Shown here piece after piece: positions 13,601 through 28,360 of a DNA stretch of 64,000 nt. Position numbers and translations under genes: made by a program. The stretch is taken from the NCBI GenBank assembly GCA_003344405.1, contig NOWV01000021.1:124001-188000 (forward strand), written 5' to 3'. The notes beneath the pieces were generated by a model. The model saw nothing but the letters and a program-made list of their open reading frames with translations, was not told the origin of the DNA and ran no database searches. How positions within the stretch are numbered: the stretch's first letter is position 1; each line of letters opens with the position of its first letter. Origin of the DNA: Trichoplax sp. H2 (taxonomy: Eukaryota).

Positions 13601-15321
13601 GGTAATAGGACACTTAATACAATGCTGTGTTGGTATGGGAAGCACGATCCAAGCACCGTAATTGTAGTGCCAAAATTTTTATTATTTGATAAAGAAACTA
13701 TTCATTATGTACCGGAGTAAACGTAGATAAATTGTTGTAATTATGCGATAATTATAGCATAGAAATATTGCAGTACGTTCCTAATAATAATTAATTAATA
13801 TAAAAAAAACTACTGAGACCCATAGCTTTGTTTTAATTCCATAGAGTAAGTTTAATCTGAAGCATTCAACTTAGAATACATTATATATGAAGTTATAATC
13901 AGATAAAAGACATACAGTAAAATTTCATATGCATCTTTTACTATTTATAACAAACTATTGTTCAGTGCTATAATAATTATAATGGAATCAATTAAGCTAT
14001 CATAATTTTGCTCTAATGATATAGAGAAGCTCGGTCTGAGGTACTCAAGTCGGCATGTACCCTCGGCAATACAGCATGCATAGTTAATACAAGCCGTATG
14101 TTCTACGCATATATGCAAGATCCCATCAGAAATAAGTAATTAACTTTTCATGTGGTGTTCACTCATTATCTGGTTGATAGTATTACCTGAAACTAAATTT
14201 CTTCATTGATTTAGAATACCAGGTAGTCTAAGAGAGGTTGCATTCAGGACTGGAATAGAATATGGAAGTGTGCAAGAGTGGGATTTCGTATATAATATTT
14301 ACAGAACAACTTTAATTCCAACGGAAAGATCTAGTGCATTTTATGCCATGTCTTTTCCTCGCGATCCATATATTATCAATCGGTATATTGATTATACCAT
14401 TCCCGTATTATTTAATTTCCGCTTTTCTGCTTTAGAAAAATATTCTCCGATGAAATTGAACTAGCTCAGCACTATTTTTATTACAAATTAATGCTTTCAT
14501 ATTATTTTAGCTATCTACAATTTGCAACCGATCCAACAAAAATAGATCCAAGTAATACTATGACCGTCTTCGTTTTTCTCACTTTTAATCCTGTTGGTAG
14601 AGATTTAGTATGGGAATATGTTCGCCAAAATACAGGCTATTTTATGAATAGGTTGTTATATTATAAATATACGGGATTAAAAATCAACTAATCATGTAAA
14701 TTGATAAGAGTAATCTTCCAAAATAATTCCAAGACGCTAAAACAATATCAATCCGTCCCTCTACAGATTCAAATCTACGAGGCCAATTGTCAATATTGCT
14801 AGCAGACGCTTAAATAGTCAATTTCGGTTAAACCAGGTAATGTTATATTTGCATAATAATTTACCTATACGAGTATTACCGTATAACCCAAAGCCGCTTT
14901 ATAGCCACTACAAATTGTTGTTACCACAGCTAATTGATCAACTTTTAACTCTGCTAAGCTAGTCACATCTCTAGAATTGGTATCTATGATGCTACTGATG
15001 TCCTATAGTCTGCTATAACAGATTTGATATAACAAGGGCGATATTACTTCTCTATTTCACTTTTGAACATTCGCCTGATACTCAATGTAGATCTAGTGAC
15101 TGTTTATCGTACTTTATTTATTTATTTTGTTAGACCATTAAAAATGTTATCGTAATTTGTCGCAGGTAAAACAATTTTTTAAGGATCATCCAGAGTCAGG
15201 GCCAAATGCAGCAGCATCTGAAGCTCAAACTATAGCTGCAATCAATGCCAATATCAAGTACTTAAATAAATATGGAAAAACGTTTTCGACATGGTTTAAG
15301 CAAAATATTAAGATGGATTAG
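7621..15321 (+). CDS. Type II membrane M1 aminopeptidase-like protein with degenerate zinc motif (candidate pseudo-peptidase)
   Basis: ATG 7621, N-terminal TM anchor, S/T stalk, RLPNTVRPLNY, PCFDEPALKARF, YPLPKQD, FTGMENWGL, NEIAHM|WFGNLVT...WTKEG, FDVITYSK|GGSIFRM. All exons splice in frame to TAG at 15319-15321. Confidence 0.92.
11920..12465 (+). repeat. Interspersed repeat copy 1 (~550 bp, intronic), homologous to ~52050-52585
   Basis: Colinear shared blocks TTGTAGAAAATTAGAA, ATTATTATTAGTAACAAT, TTACAGTTCTATTTTT, TATATAGTCATCT and AACTACTAAATA.GTCTTAAGATA. Confidence 0.85.
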
Positions 15322-18311
15322 ATAATAATACAAATTTTCACCAGTAGTTCATTTCAATTTCATGCCAGCATATTATAAATACTTGTCAATGCTTCTTGCT
15401 AGTTATAATTTGGAGCAAAAGCTATAATGTTGATGAATTTATTAGACAAATACTAATAATTAAGGATTAAAAGATAGAGATACGGGTATATGGTTGCTTA
15501 ATTTAATTGTAAAGGTTTCTCATAGTCGTAATTACTGTATTCATTAAAAATTTGTTGTGTTAAAAGCTTTTTGTCATACTTTATGAAGAAGAAATGATCA
15601 AAAATAATTACAGTAGTTTGTGCATATTAAGAACTGACCAATTCCTGTTGATAACTAGTTTTACAGAACAATTGTATTACACGTATTTTTTAGTAGCGCA
15701 TGCAATATCATATTTTAATTAAGGAGGTTGTCATAGTTAAGATAGATAATCTATGCGCCCGTATTTTGTAGCAGCTTACCACGTTGTATCTATATGATAC
15801 GTGCTTCAATTCGTTGTAGCATGCTGTATTAAAAATTACATGATTCATGTATTTATATTTGTAGAAGCCTACTATATTGTTTTTGTGAGATGTATCCGTT
15901 AATTCGTTATAACGTACCATTATAGAATCAGATAATAATATAGAATTTATTTACGCATATTTCTAGAAGCCTACCGCATTGGATGTATGTGATATATAGC
16001 TAGATATTGCATGAATCAGTAGCAAGTCTTACGGACAAGACACAATGTGTTGGATATTAAATTGGACCTTTTAACAAATACTCATATTCGCAAGAACTTA
16101 AATTGTCCTATTATCACTATATTTATTACTACAAATTAATGCTATATAAAGAAAAGATTTATAATTTAAACGCAACACACAGCTTACACGAAATCCTAAT
16201 TAAAACAGCTAGGATTAGTTAAAGATAAGGACATGATTACGCATCTAGTATCGAACATGATTTTAACAAGGCCCGCTACTGATACTCTAGGATAATGTGT
16301 TCATGAGTGTGCAGCTTAACAGGTTAATCAAGTACTTGAAATTAACCAGCTGCATAGATTTAGTAGGCTTTGTTCAAATATGACCAATTTTAAATGAATA
16401 ACTGTCGTTAAATAATTACCAATACACTGCTGCTTAATATTTGTTGATAAAATTGATCGATATCAAGTAGATTATAGTATATTTCCGAATCTACATGCTA
16501 TACCATACCAAATAAAGCATACAAGGTGCACTCTTATCATTAATTTGAATTGATTGGATTGCATAATATCGAGCAGAGTATGATAAGGATATATATCACA
16601 TTTACGTTTTTGACTTCAATAAAATGGTACTTTTTACGGAGAATGTATTAAATTGAGAAACTATAGAACGAAATAATCTTAATTACGCTATAAAATGTTT
16701 ATATTCTCTTGAGACATCTCGTGCTTATAGTACGGTAGGTGTTTTGCTTATTCTACATTTAACACGTGATTACATCATATGCGATCATGAGTTCGAAAAG
16801 TCATAAATTACTAATTTTTGAAAATCGGAGATTATTAATAGGCTCGAGATTGATATAACTGTAGGCGGGGTAAATACTTTAAACAACATCAATATTATTT
16901 TTGTTAGAAGCCCTCGCAATCTTATAGAAAATCATGAAAGGAAAAGCTGAAACTAAAATTTGAATATGAGAATTTCAGCGTTATTCCAAGTAGCCTTCGT
17001 ATTATTTTCATTAGTTTAAGTGCTATATTTGTTGGCTTGCTAGGCGCTAGTTCATCGTAAGAGAAAAAAAATTAAAAATTAATCCTAAAATTGTATTACT
17101 GTAAAAACAATACAGTACCATATAATACACTGCTTGCTACGACAATTGCAAGGATAGAATGTTTCATTTTAATTAACATATAAGTTTACGGTTATTTGAA
17201 CAAATGATTGATATTTTGACATCACTGTCCATCAGCTTGTCAATATCGTTCTGATTCTGATAAATATTAAACACTAGCTGTAATATTTGAAAATACGTAT
17301 TACTCCGCCCTTTCTTATTTTCAATTGTTTAGTTGATGAGGAGGATCTAAATCGCTAATTTAAGATAAATTCAACTTATAAGGTGGTACTACCATCATCT
17401 ATTGTCACTGGTAAGACTTGAAACATTGACGTCGGGCTATTTTAGTTTCGTACACAATGCTAAATTAAATAAAATAAAGGAGATCAATAGCATATTTTGA
17501 TTGGCAATCGCCAAAAAAATTCGACATTGGTCTAATTAGACAATGAAAGAAACATTCTGGGACTGTAGAGGTTTAATTTGTTTAATTTACTAGGTTAAAT
17601 TAATGACTAATAACAAAGTTATTGATGATGCATATGATCAAATATAGTGGATAATAGTTTTTGAAATACAATATTGGTTCAATAAGTTGCTTTTCGACGG
17701 CAACATCCTAGACTTTACGGCTTATTACAAGTAAAAGATTAGTCCTATAAAAGCCTTATTTTGCGTTGCGCATTATCTTAATCTTGCTTAAATTGGTGCA
17801 ATCATTAAATTAACAGCAAAAATGCTTTTTCAGTTAACAGTATTTGGATTATTAGCTATTCTATTAATTTAAGGAAATTAGACTGTTATCATACAGGTGG
17901 TATTATTACTCCAGTGATTTCAGTCAATTATAGAATTTGATCTTAGTGATTAAATCACAATTATAATTTAAATAATGAACTGGCCAATCCCTAAAGGTGA
18001 AACCGCAATGGCTCATGCATAAGATAAATACTCGTATATGCAAAATAACGATAGGAAAACAAATTAATTTGCATTTTTCTTTGATGACGGTAATCGCGTG
18101 GTTCCACATGTGATTAGAACATACTACGTAGTTTAATGGTATGATTTGACCTCAATTATGTTATGCGCTTAACGAGCTCATTAGCATGATCTATTATATA
18201 CAATATTAAAAATTCGATTAAACACTGCCAAAGTTCGCCGTGATAATCACTCTGGATTCTTTGTAGCACAGCGGCCATTTTACCATTTTTCTTAACTGAT
18301 TTGAATCCATC

Positions 18312-21300
18312 ATGGCTAATAAGGACGGAAAAAGTGGGGTATTCTGCTCGAATACTAAATTAATAATAACAATTCTTCTTGTCATCGGTTTAATTGTCGC
18401 AGTAGGCTTAATTGCTGGTTTAACTTCTCGTTCTGGCTCAACTGGCAATCAACAAAGTACTACTATGACAGTGACGGAACCTGTATCAACTACAGCTCCT
18501 CCAAAATATCCGCAATTAAATAATAGACGGTTGCCTACTAATGTTAAACCCTTGAATTATACCTTCACTCTGGACATTGATATGACCAAATTAAGCTATA
18601 ATGGAAACAATGTTATCCGATTCCAAGTTACTTCTCCTACAAATGTCATCATTGTTCACACTGATGGTATTACAGTAACATCAGCTCCAAAAGTAGCTAG
18701 TGATTCCACTTTTAGCAATACTTTCACTGTTTCGGACTATGGCGCTCATACCCAGAATAATTATTACTACGTCGGATTGCAAAATAATTTAGCCGCTGGT
18801 ATCTACTATATCCAGTTTATCTATACCGCAAATTTGGCTTCCGATTTGAATGGATTATATAAGTACCAATATACCAGAGCTTCGGATAGAGCAGTAATGT
18901 ACGACTTTTTATGTTATGATTTTATTTTGCACGATTTCCTCACTCTTAAATTCCAGCATGAAGATAAATACAAAAATATGAATGAGCACATCAGTAAAAA
19001 TCCAATGATTACAATATTTCACGAGTTTAGGATAATTTTTAAAATTCTACTACTTTTAAGGGATACTTTATTTTTGGATCAAATTAATACTTAAACTGTA
19101 TTTCTTTATACTGCAGTTGGGGTGTTGCTAGCCAATGTGAGGACTTTTATGCGCGAAGAATACTTCCTTGCTTTGATGAGCCAGCCATGAAAGCTACCTT
19201 TACTACAACAGTCGTCATCCCAAATAACTATACCACCCTTACTAACATGCCAGTAACATCTACAACCGCTGTTGCTGGCAATAAGATGAGCTACAAGTTT
19301 CAACGTAAGTTACTACTTCATATTCATTCCATATACACGCACACACGGCTTTATAATTTCTGGATGACAGTATTTTAATATATTATGTTGCTATTCCAAA
19401 CATGTATCATATTTCAATATAGTATAGTATCATATAAGAGTAAGTTGCTTTCTCAATTTAAATTAATATTTACGCTTTTCGTAATGACATTAATGCTCTA
19501 CTAATATATTAGTACAATTATTAGTAAATTACCTGAGTTTACAATTACTTACTGATTCAGCAAAATGTGCTGTAGATCTTGATCGTTCGGATACATTTTT
19601 TCAACTTATACATAATCAGTTCGCAATAGTATTATTAGTGACGATCTCAATTTTGTGTAGTATTTATATTTATTTATTTTGTAGTTCAACAATTATTTAT
19701 ATTTAAAAGATGATGCAGTTCAGTGCTATCGCGAAGATTAGTGTCACGTTAATGATCCTAAAAGGGTTTTCAATTTGTTTTTGAAATTTAGCAACGGTCG
19801 TGATGTCTTCGTACTTGTTAGCATTCACGGTTGACGATTTTGAGTCCGTTGAGGCTAGAACTGCAAGAAATACTCTCGTAAGTCGTTAAGAAAAAAATAG
19901 TGAATAACTGCAATTCCTATAAATAACAAATCGTATAGCAGGTTATTTGCAAATATAGAAACAGCAGTTTAAATATTAAAAATAATTCATCTTAACATTT
20001 ATCTCCAATTATAGGTAAGAGTTTTTTCTCGTAAATCGATTAAGAATGATGGCATGTACGCTTTGGGTGCTGCAATCAACATTACAGAATTCTTTGAAAA
20101 TCTCTTAGATGTACCATATCCATTACCTAAGCAAGGTATAGCTGAATCTAGATTGATATCAATGTAACAATTATTTACCATTTCTGCTTTAACAAAACTT
20201 TGTATATATACGTTCATATATACTATAACTTTATCTTTCAAAGAAATTGCTAGTGTACATATCCAACGTAAACTTACCGCTATTATAGCTAAATTTTATA
20301 TCCACGGGATATATTCATTATCTGTAGACCACGTTGCAGTCCCTTCCTTCGATTCTGGTGCTATGGAAAACTGGGGATTAATTTTGTATCGCGAAGAACT
20401 TTTGACTTACAATAAATTTTTGTCCTCAACATCTACTAAAGAGAGTATTACTACTATAGTAGCTCACGAATTGGCTCATATGGTACGTTTATTTGTAATA
20501 TAGGTAAAAAATGTACCGCACATGAACTGAGAATAATAAAGTAGTGAAATGTTTCCTGTATGCTGGTAATGATGAATTAAGTTTCAAATTTTAAATGCGT
20601 GATCTTTTCAACAGTGGTTTGGTAATTGGGTCACCATGGAATGGTGGAATCATTTGTGGCTTAATGAAGGATTTGCTACCTTCTTTGCAGCTTATTCCGC
20701 TTCGTTTTATGCACCTACTATGAATTTGGTAGATATAATTTAAATAATTATTGCAGCTATGATTACCGATCGATATTCATGTCGAAATAATGATTTCGAT
20801 CTAATCATTTAGAGACTTAAATTACTTTTCCATTTAAGATGTATTTTGTTAAATAGTAGTACTTTGTTATTCTATAACATGCCTCCCTGATTAGAAAGCC
20901 ATACAGAGTTAAATCATAACGCTAATAACCGTATTGCGCCCTAGCGATGAAATATTGATCGATTTAATTTAATTTTTTCCTGTAGATGGCGCAATTTACC
21001 ACTGATGATTTGCAAATTGGTCTAATTAGTGATGCTTCCGCATTGTCTCATCCTATTGTACCTCCAGCTCAGTATGGCCCATTCTTCGATCGTATAACAT
21101 ATCAAAAGGTATCTACCCGTGTCGATGGATACGCATATAGTGCTATCGTTAAAGTTAATGCATTTTGAAATTTAATAAAATTAGTAGAACGTTGTCTTTA
21201 TACCGTAGCCTAAAATTACTGTTTAAATAATACATTTTGAAATATTCTTTATATCTACTAAATACTTCTTGGTGCCTCACTGAAAATGATTACGTCCTTC

Positions 21301-24300
21301 TATGTATCTAAATTATCGCTTTTTGATATTACATATAAAGTATGTTACAATATTCTAGATTTCGATGTCGAATAGGGGATAAGTTTTTTAATCTACCTAG
21401 CTTATGGTTGTGTAGTTATACCAAATCTCTAAAATAGATATCTTAAACGATTCAATTGTACATACCGTAGCTTTGAAATATTGATACCGATTTAAATTGC
21501 AGTATATCATGATTATCTAAATTGACTGCGCAAAGTCTTGCACATTATCTAAGTATCGTATGAAAAGTTACGCATTTTGTGCACTGTAGTTACGGGTCAA
21601 TTATGATTGGCAGGTTTTTGAGCTTATTTTAATTCAGTTTAATCTAATCTAAAATATGAATACAAAAGGAAGGTACCTTTAATTCAATCTTATACCATAG
21701 ATGTAGATACTTGGCGTCAATTTCATTTATTGTAAATATTAAAGCATTTATGCAAGCGATGTTATTGCCATTTTTTGCTAGGGCGGCTCAATCCTTCGTA
21801 TGTTACGTGATTATATGGGCCACGATGACTTTATTGCAGGCATTAAGGTTTCTACTGCTAGTAATTGAGCCTAAAAGTAGAAAAGAATTTTATTGTTTTA
21901 GTATTCTACAATAGAATATAATTGATATATATATATATGTACATTTAAATTTATAATAATAACAATTAAGTTTTTCATATCACATTTTAGGCTTACTTGA
22001 AGAAATATAGTTATGGGAATGCCATTACTGATCAATTATTTTCAACTATGACATCGGTAGGCATTTATAACGTTTACGAATTTAGTTTATTAGATGACAA
22101 TACATGGTCACTAGATTTTAGATAGATCGTTGATCAAAAAAATCTGTATTTATAGACAATAATAATTTCAAAATGTGAGCTAAGCAAGCTACTGAGGTAT
22201 TTTTTTTCGGTAGACGATTAATAATAGGATTAATGTCACCGATTTCATTAGCTGTTGGATTTATCAAATGGGATATCCACTTATCACCGTTAAGCGCAGC
22301 TCATCCGCAAATTCCGGAGTATTTTCTCAAGCTCGCTACTTAAGTAATAAGAATCTTGATCCTAATGTGGATCCTCCGTCCAATCCATATAAAGCTACTT
22401 GCGGGTAAATAAAATAAAATTATCATATTGATTTGTCTCACTTTTGAAAATAAAAATCTTATGAAAACTTGTGGTTGACCATTGCGATTAGATTCTAAAC
22501 CTTGCAAAAGCAACTTACTTAGCTGTTCATGTCTTGTTCTATTTGTGTACCCGTAGTTATAAATGGAATGTTCCGGTAACCTATTATACTGGCGATGCCC
22601 CATCTACGACTGTACGTAACCTCATGGCTAAAAGTGGTGGTATGTCATATATAACACTATCGACTGCTGTGACATTTATTACCGTAGATTATTTATAAAA
22701 CTTGCTCTATAATTGGATGAAAAGCATTTCATTCAAAACTGACTGAAGAACGCTTTATAGGAGATTTTAAAAGTCTATTTTATTATAATAAGAGCTAAAT
22801 TTATTTATACCATAAAAATTTTTAATTAGCTGATTTGACCGTCAACTGGCCTGGAAATACATGGATTAAGGTCAATGCTGATCAAATGGGCTTTTTCAGA
22901 GTTAATTACGAAACCAGTAATTGGAATCAACTTGCTGCTGCTTTACAGGCTGATCATACGGTTAGTTTAGAAATGTTATTTATTAAATAATTTTATTGGG
23001 ATAAACAAATAAATAAATAAATAAATAGATGAATCAAGAAATATAATTCTATGTTATCCTCTATTGCAATGTAATGTTTATTTATGAATCTTATGAGATT
23101 TTACTATACGAATACTTCTACTTTTTTGTTGGAGAACATAACAGTTAAAAATTTAAGGTTTTCTAGTGTTTTATACTTTAGCGTATTATACTGCCATAAA
23201 ATAAGTTTGAGAGTTATAGTAAAGTCCAGATTTACCGCAGACTTTGCTGTGTATGTCTTATGTAAAATGTAGAAGTAGTAATTGAAAAGAAGGTATCTTG
23301 TTCAGTATAGAAATGATAAAGTGGTTTATATCTTGAGAATAAAAAGTTGTAGATATTAAATAGAAGTCTAGATAATAAGTTAATAAAGCAAGTGGACGAT
23401 TTTTGTACTGCAGAAATTTTCCAAAGCCGATATTGCAAGTTTACAAGACGATGCTTTCCCATATGCACAGTAAGTCAATATGAATGATCTTTAAAAGTAT
23501 ATTTCGAATAACTAGAAACGTTATGGTTTGACACCGGTGTAACTAAAGCGATTAATGCTATTCATTGCTTTGATGTCATCTTATTCAAACTTGCATATGA
23601 TTATACGGTGTAAAGTGCTACGAAAAAGTGAAAACGGTTTTATTCTACGAAATGCAAATTTTTAATTCGCTTCTATTTTAATTTTGAATAGAACTGATCG
23701 AATTAACTACTCTATTCCATTGAGCTTGACCAAATATATGACAAAAGAAACTTCCTATTTGCCGTGGTTCATCACTAATATTTACTTCAGAACTATGGGC
23801 CGTCGTCTTTCTGGCAGAAAATCATATCAAGACTATGCTGTAATTCAAAACGATTGATATTCTACTTCAGATAACTGATAGATGTTAAATTATTTTGATA
23901 TTTCAGTTAAAAGTGTTCGTAACTATAGCATACGATATGATTTATCTGTAACATGTTACCTTTAAAAAATCTTTCGGTTTCTTTTTGATATTATGCTAGT
24001 TTAGTAATTTCATAAAGTAAAACTTATCATAATCAAAGTTTCACTTCGTTTGTATTGCTAGCAATACCACTTGAAAATTTTGTCACCTCCTGCAGATATT
24101 TTGGGAATGATGGATAGTGGGGATGATACAGAAAAGTAAGTTTGTACTGTCTAGATTACTTAAAATAAAATTTCATGTTGATTTAATACGGTAGATCAAT
24201 CATACAATAGCACTTTTTAACTTACGGTTTTAATCTTACGTAAGTACGAGTATATCGACGAATGATATTTCCTAATTAAAATTGTTTTGGCTAATTAATA

Positions 24301-25810
24301 TTTACTTACTTGTTTTATTATAAATTTATAGAGAAGCTCGTGTTTCTGTTTTGGACTATGCTTGTTTCTTGGGCTATAGTCCTTGCTTGAGGAATGCAAG
24401 TATGATGTTCCAAAAATTCATGCAAGACCCTGTCGCTAACAAGTAAGAATTGTTTAAATCATTTTGGATATCTGTGCGGTAGTAGAATAGTTTTAAAACG
24501 AAGTAAAATTATGTTATAGAATTTCTAATTAAAGCGATTATATAATTGTCTACAATGTAGATTTTTATTTTTTAATTAATTCTATATTTGGATTAATACA
24601 GTATACCAGGTGCTATTAGAGAAATCGTATTTAGATATGGTATTGCTAATGGAGGTGTTAAAGAATGGGACTTTCTTTACAACATGTATAAGAACTCATT
24701 GAGCATCGCCGATCGATCTAGAATGTTATTTGCTCTATCATATTCCCGCGATGATTGGATTTTGAAGAGGTGACTTTAGTATCTGATTATACTCGTACGC
24801 TCAATTTGGTTAATTCGAAGTCATGCATCGCTTAATTTTGAGATTGGCACCAACGGAAAATATCTAATAGCACAGTATACTAATAGAATTATTTTTTCGA
24901 CGGTTTGCAACAAAATATAGATAAAACAGAGACAAATTCAATATATACAGTCTTCCATGTTAATTATTTAGTTTGATGTCAGTCATATTTCTTGCCAAAT
25001 ATGTAATACCGGTAGTAACTAGCAGATCATGAAGCTCATAGGTTTTAGATGATCTTTATGCAGTATCTGTCCACTGTTTGATGAACATGCTAGACAAAGA
25101 AATATTTTCGTTCGATATTGCAATGTTTTCCTTGGTGTAAATTTTAAAAGTTGCTCATTTTCATGGTAAATTTCTACCATTGGTGATTAGGTTCTTGGAT
25201 TACGCTATTGATCCGACCAAGATTAATCCATCATCGACCACAACGATATTTAGCTCTGTAAGTTTGAATCCTGTTGGTAAATACCTCGCCTGGGATTACG
25301 TTCGCCAGAATAAGAATTATTTCATACAAAGGTAAGGATATATTATAGGATTGGTTTTCATATTGCATTGATATAATTTACTTATTCGTATATTCAAGAG
25401 TATTGCTAGCCTGATGAAGAAGTTGTAGTTAATTAAAGCATGACCATTCTCTCAATCTTGACTTTTCTATGCATTTTGTAATTATCATCTTAGGTTCAGA
25501 TCTACCAGACCGATTATTCGTACTGTTACTCGTTTCTTTAATAACATATTTAGGCGTAATCAGGTAAGTTTATAATTATAATAGTTGATAGAGTTATTAG
25601 TGTGTTATAATGATTACCATGTGCTGCCAGTACACTGATTTCATCACTAAATTATGTCAGGTACAACAATTCTTTGCTGAAAACCCAGAATCTGGTAGTA
25701 CTGCTACTGCCTTTGAGAACGCAATAACCGGAACTATTAACTTCAATATCAATTATCTACAAAAGTACGAAAAGACACTTTCCACCTGGTTTAAGGCGAA
25801 TATGGCCTAA
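18312..25810 (+). CDS. Type II membrane M1 aminopeptidase (aminopeptidase N/A-like), catalytically intact
   Basis: TM anchor, [77 protein letters not shown]. Exons splice in frame to TAA at 25808-25810. Confidence 0.95.
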
Positions 25811-27107
25811 ATTGTAGTGCATATTTGTTAGTGTAGAGATTTTGTTATTTAGGCTACAACTAAAAGTGGTAATTTCGCATTCTTTAAGCGAATAAAGAAT
25901 AGTCTCGTATGCCCTTACTCTGTTGCTTGATAGGTAAAATAAGTAGTCGTCGTTTTGTATAGCTGCTAACTATTTCATTAGTATTTGGAGAATGTAGCCA
26001 ATGGGTTTGTGTACAGGTTACGCAGCTCTAACCCTAACCATCGTATTACTGCAAGAGAGAACATTTCATCTATTTTTGTTACTGATTTAGTTTATTATTA
26101 ATATGAATGCGATGTGATACAATTATTATACTAATATACTCGTACGTTAGTGTGCGTTCAATCTCACTGTCTTCCATTCGAGTTTACTAGGTAGATAAAT
26201 AGAATAAAGCTTTTAATTAAATCGGTACTATTTATAGGTATTGAGAAGACAGAGTTAATAACAAGGGTATAAATTAATCACCTTGTGGAATTATAGTGTC
26301 CTATTTTGGTAAGGGTATAGTCTACAGTAGTTATCGTTTCATAATCTTAATTCATAGTCTACGAGATACGAGAATTTATAGCAGTTTGATTGGAGCCGGG
26401 CATAGTACGAATTATCATGTTCCTAATCTAAACTAAAACAATAGTACAATATACACTATCTGAGATGTATAACCATCGTTAAGCTACAATCGACCTAGTG
26501 AATCACTTACTAGTCACTAGTGATGGCAGTCCATGCACTAGTGCAGTCGATTCGTACAGCCGGATTCCCTGCCTAGTAGTTTTATTTGAAAGTGCTGGAA
26601 GTTCCAGCCTTTCACCGAGCAGAGGATTTTACTCACAGTCATGAGTTCAAGTGGTAGAGATAGCCGTAAAGAAATTACCAATCATCTTTCCACTTTAATT
26701 TAATCTGAAATTACTTTCGTATTCACTGTGCAGTAGTTCAGAAGACTGCATTTTGTTAATCCACTCTACTACAATCTAGGAGTGAGTAATCTGCCTGGCC
26801 ATGTCAAGTTCGAGATAGTTGAATTTATTGGTAGTTGTACAACAGGATTAACTTCGATGGCAAGATAGCGTCGAAAATTTAAAGTGGCAATTTGTTAACA
26901 CTCCTGTTCAAAATCTATATGTACAGGCTGAGTTATTGGGCTACATCTACATATAAGATGTAGCCTACTTTGGGCTTGATTTAGCTTACACAGTTTATTT
27001 TCCCTAGTGCCACCTAAGCTAATCGCGCTGTACTCATGATATTAAGCGTGTGATCTGGCCATCAGTAGCAAGGTGATAATTCAGTCGCTTTCTCCCGACA
27101 TCGATGA

Positions 27108-27757
27108 AATCGTGCACTTTCTCTATTGCATTTCTATCCATGAAGAAGTAACTTGGGTTATTTTATAGCCGAATTCTTCTTTACCGTTTAATCGTGCACT
27201 TTCTATTTATGAAGAAGTAACTTGGTTATTTTACAGCCAAATTCTTCTTTACCGTTTAATCGTGCACTTTCTCTATAGCATTTCTATTTATGAAGAAGTA
27301 ACTTGGTTATTTTACAGCCAAATTCTTCTTTACCGTTTAATCGTGCACTTTCTCTATAGCATTTCTATCCATGAAGAAGTAACTTGATTATTTTACAGCC
27401 AAATTCTTCTATACCGTTTAATCTTGCTCTTTCTCTATAGTATTTCTATCCATGAAGAAGTAACTTGGTGATTTTACAGCCAAGTTCTTCTTTACCGTTT
27501 AATCGTGTACTTTCTATTTATGAAGAAGTAACTTGGTGGTTATACAGTTTAATCGTGTACTTTCTATTTATGAAGAAGTAACTTGGTGATTATACAGCCA
27601 AGTTCTTCTTTACCGTTGAATCGTGTACTTTCTATCCATGAAGAAGTAACTTGGTGATTTTACAGTCAAGTTTTTCTTTACCGTTTAATCGTGTACTTTC
27701 TATTTATGAAGAAGTAACTTGGTGATTTTACAGCCAAATTCTTGTTTACTACCGTTT
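27108..27757. repeat. Minisatellite, 9 units of 50-81 bp, with an internal inverted repeat in most units
   Basis: GAAGAAGTAACTT occurs at 27142, 27211, 27292, 27373, 27454, 27522, 27572, 27640 and 27708 (spacings 69, 81, 81, 81, 68, 50, 68, 68). Confidence 0.95.
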
Positions 27758-27796
27758 CATGTTTTGATCGACCTAAACTTGATGATGTTCTTACAA

Positions 27797-27808
27797 GATG
27801 ACGTCATC
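27797..27808. promoter_or_regulatory. Perfect CRE/ATF palindrome (GATGACGTCATC) ~800 bp upstream of the KCTD3/SHKBP1 ATG
   Basis: 12-bp palindrome containing the canonical TGACGTCA core. Function not shown. Confidence 0.4.
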
Positions 27809-27879
27809 CGATGGAAATATGCAATTCTGCGCGGCTGCTAGAATGAGTCATCATGCAATCTCCATGCGCCAAGCCTGTA

Positions 27880-28360
27880 GTAATACAACGGAAACATCCT
27901 GTAGTGAAGTAGAGTGTAGTATAAAAGCGAAGAATGGAATTTTTGGGTACTGCAAATCACCAGAAGTGAAGATTTGGTGTAGGAGTAATGTGACTAGTGC
28001 CATACGGTACGCAAACTCAGTCATGCACAGTACATTGTACAGTAGTATACAGTGTATACCCGCTAGTAACCGGCATTGGAGTACTGTACAGTACTGTAGA
28101 GTACTGTACTGTACAGTGTACAGAGAGAGAATTACAGTATTTTACTGAGAGAAAGTGTACAGTACAGTTAGGTGCAACGCCAATGGGTCCATAGCGGATC
28201 ACTACTAGCAATCTCAACAATGGATCCGTACCGGATCACTACTAGCAATCTCAACAATGGGTCCGTACCGGATCACCAAGTTGATGTCAAGCGCTCAACT
28301 GTACGTACCCCACAGGATGATGAGCGTATATTGGCGTCATTGATCACCGTCTGACCTAGT
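27880..28360. promoter_or_regulatory. TACAGT/ACTGTA-rich, relatively GC-rich upstream island with CCAAT box and 37-bp direct repeat (putative promoter of KCTD3/SHKBP1)
   Basis: TACAGTACTGTA at 28087-28098, ACGCCAATGGGT at 28177-28188, and a 37-bp repeat at 28181-28276. Confidence 0.55.

Noticed and set aside
26025..26040. Telomere-like CTAACCCTAACC
   Set aside because: Only two units, so it is compatible with chance.
27108..27757. CRISPR-like array of palindromic repeats
   Set aside because: The sequence between hairpins is itself repeated, so there are no unique spacers. There are no cas genes and the context is eukaryotic.
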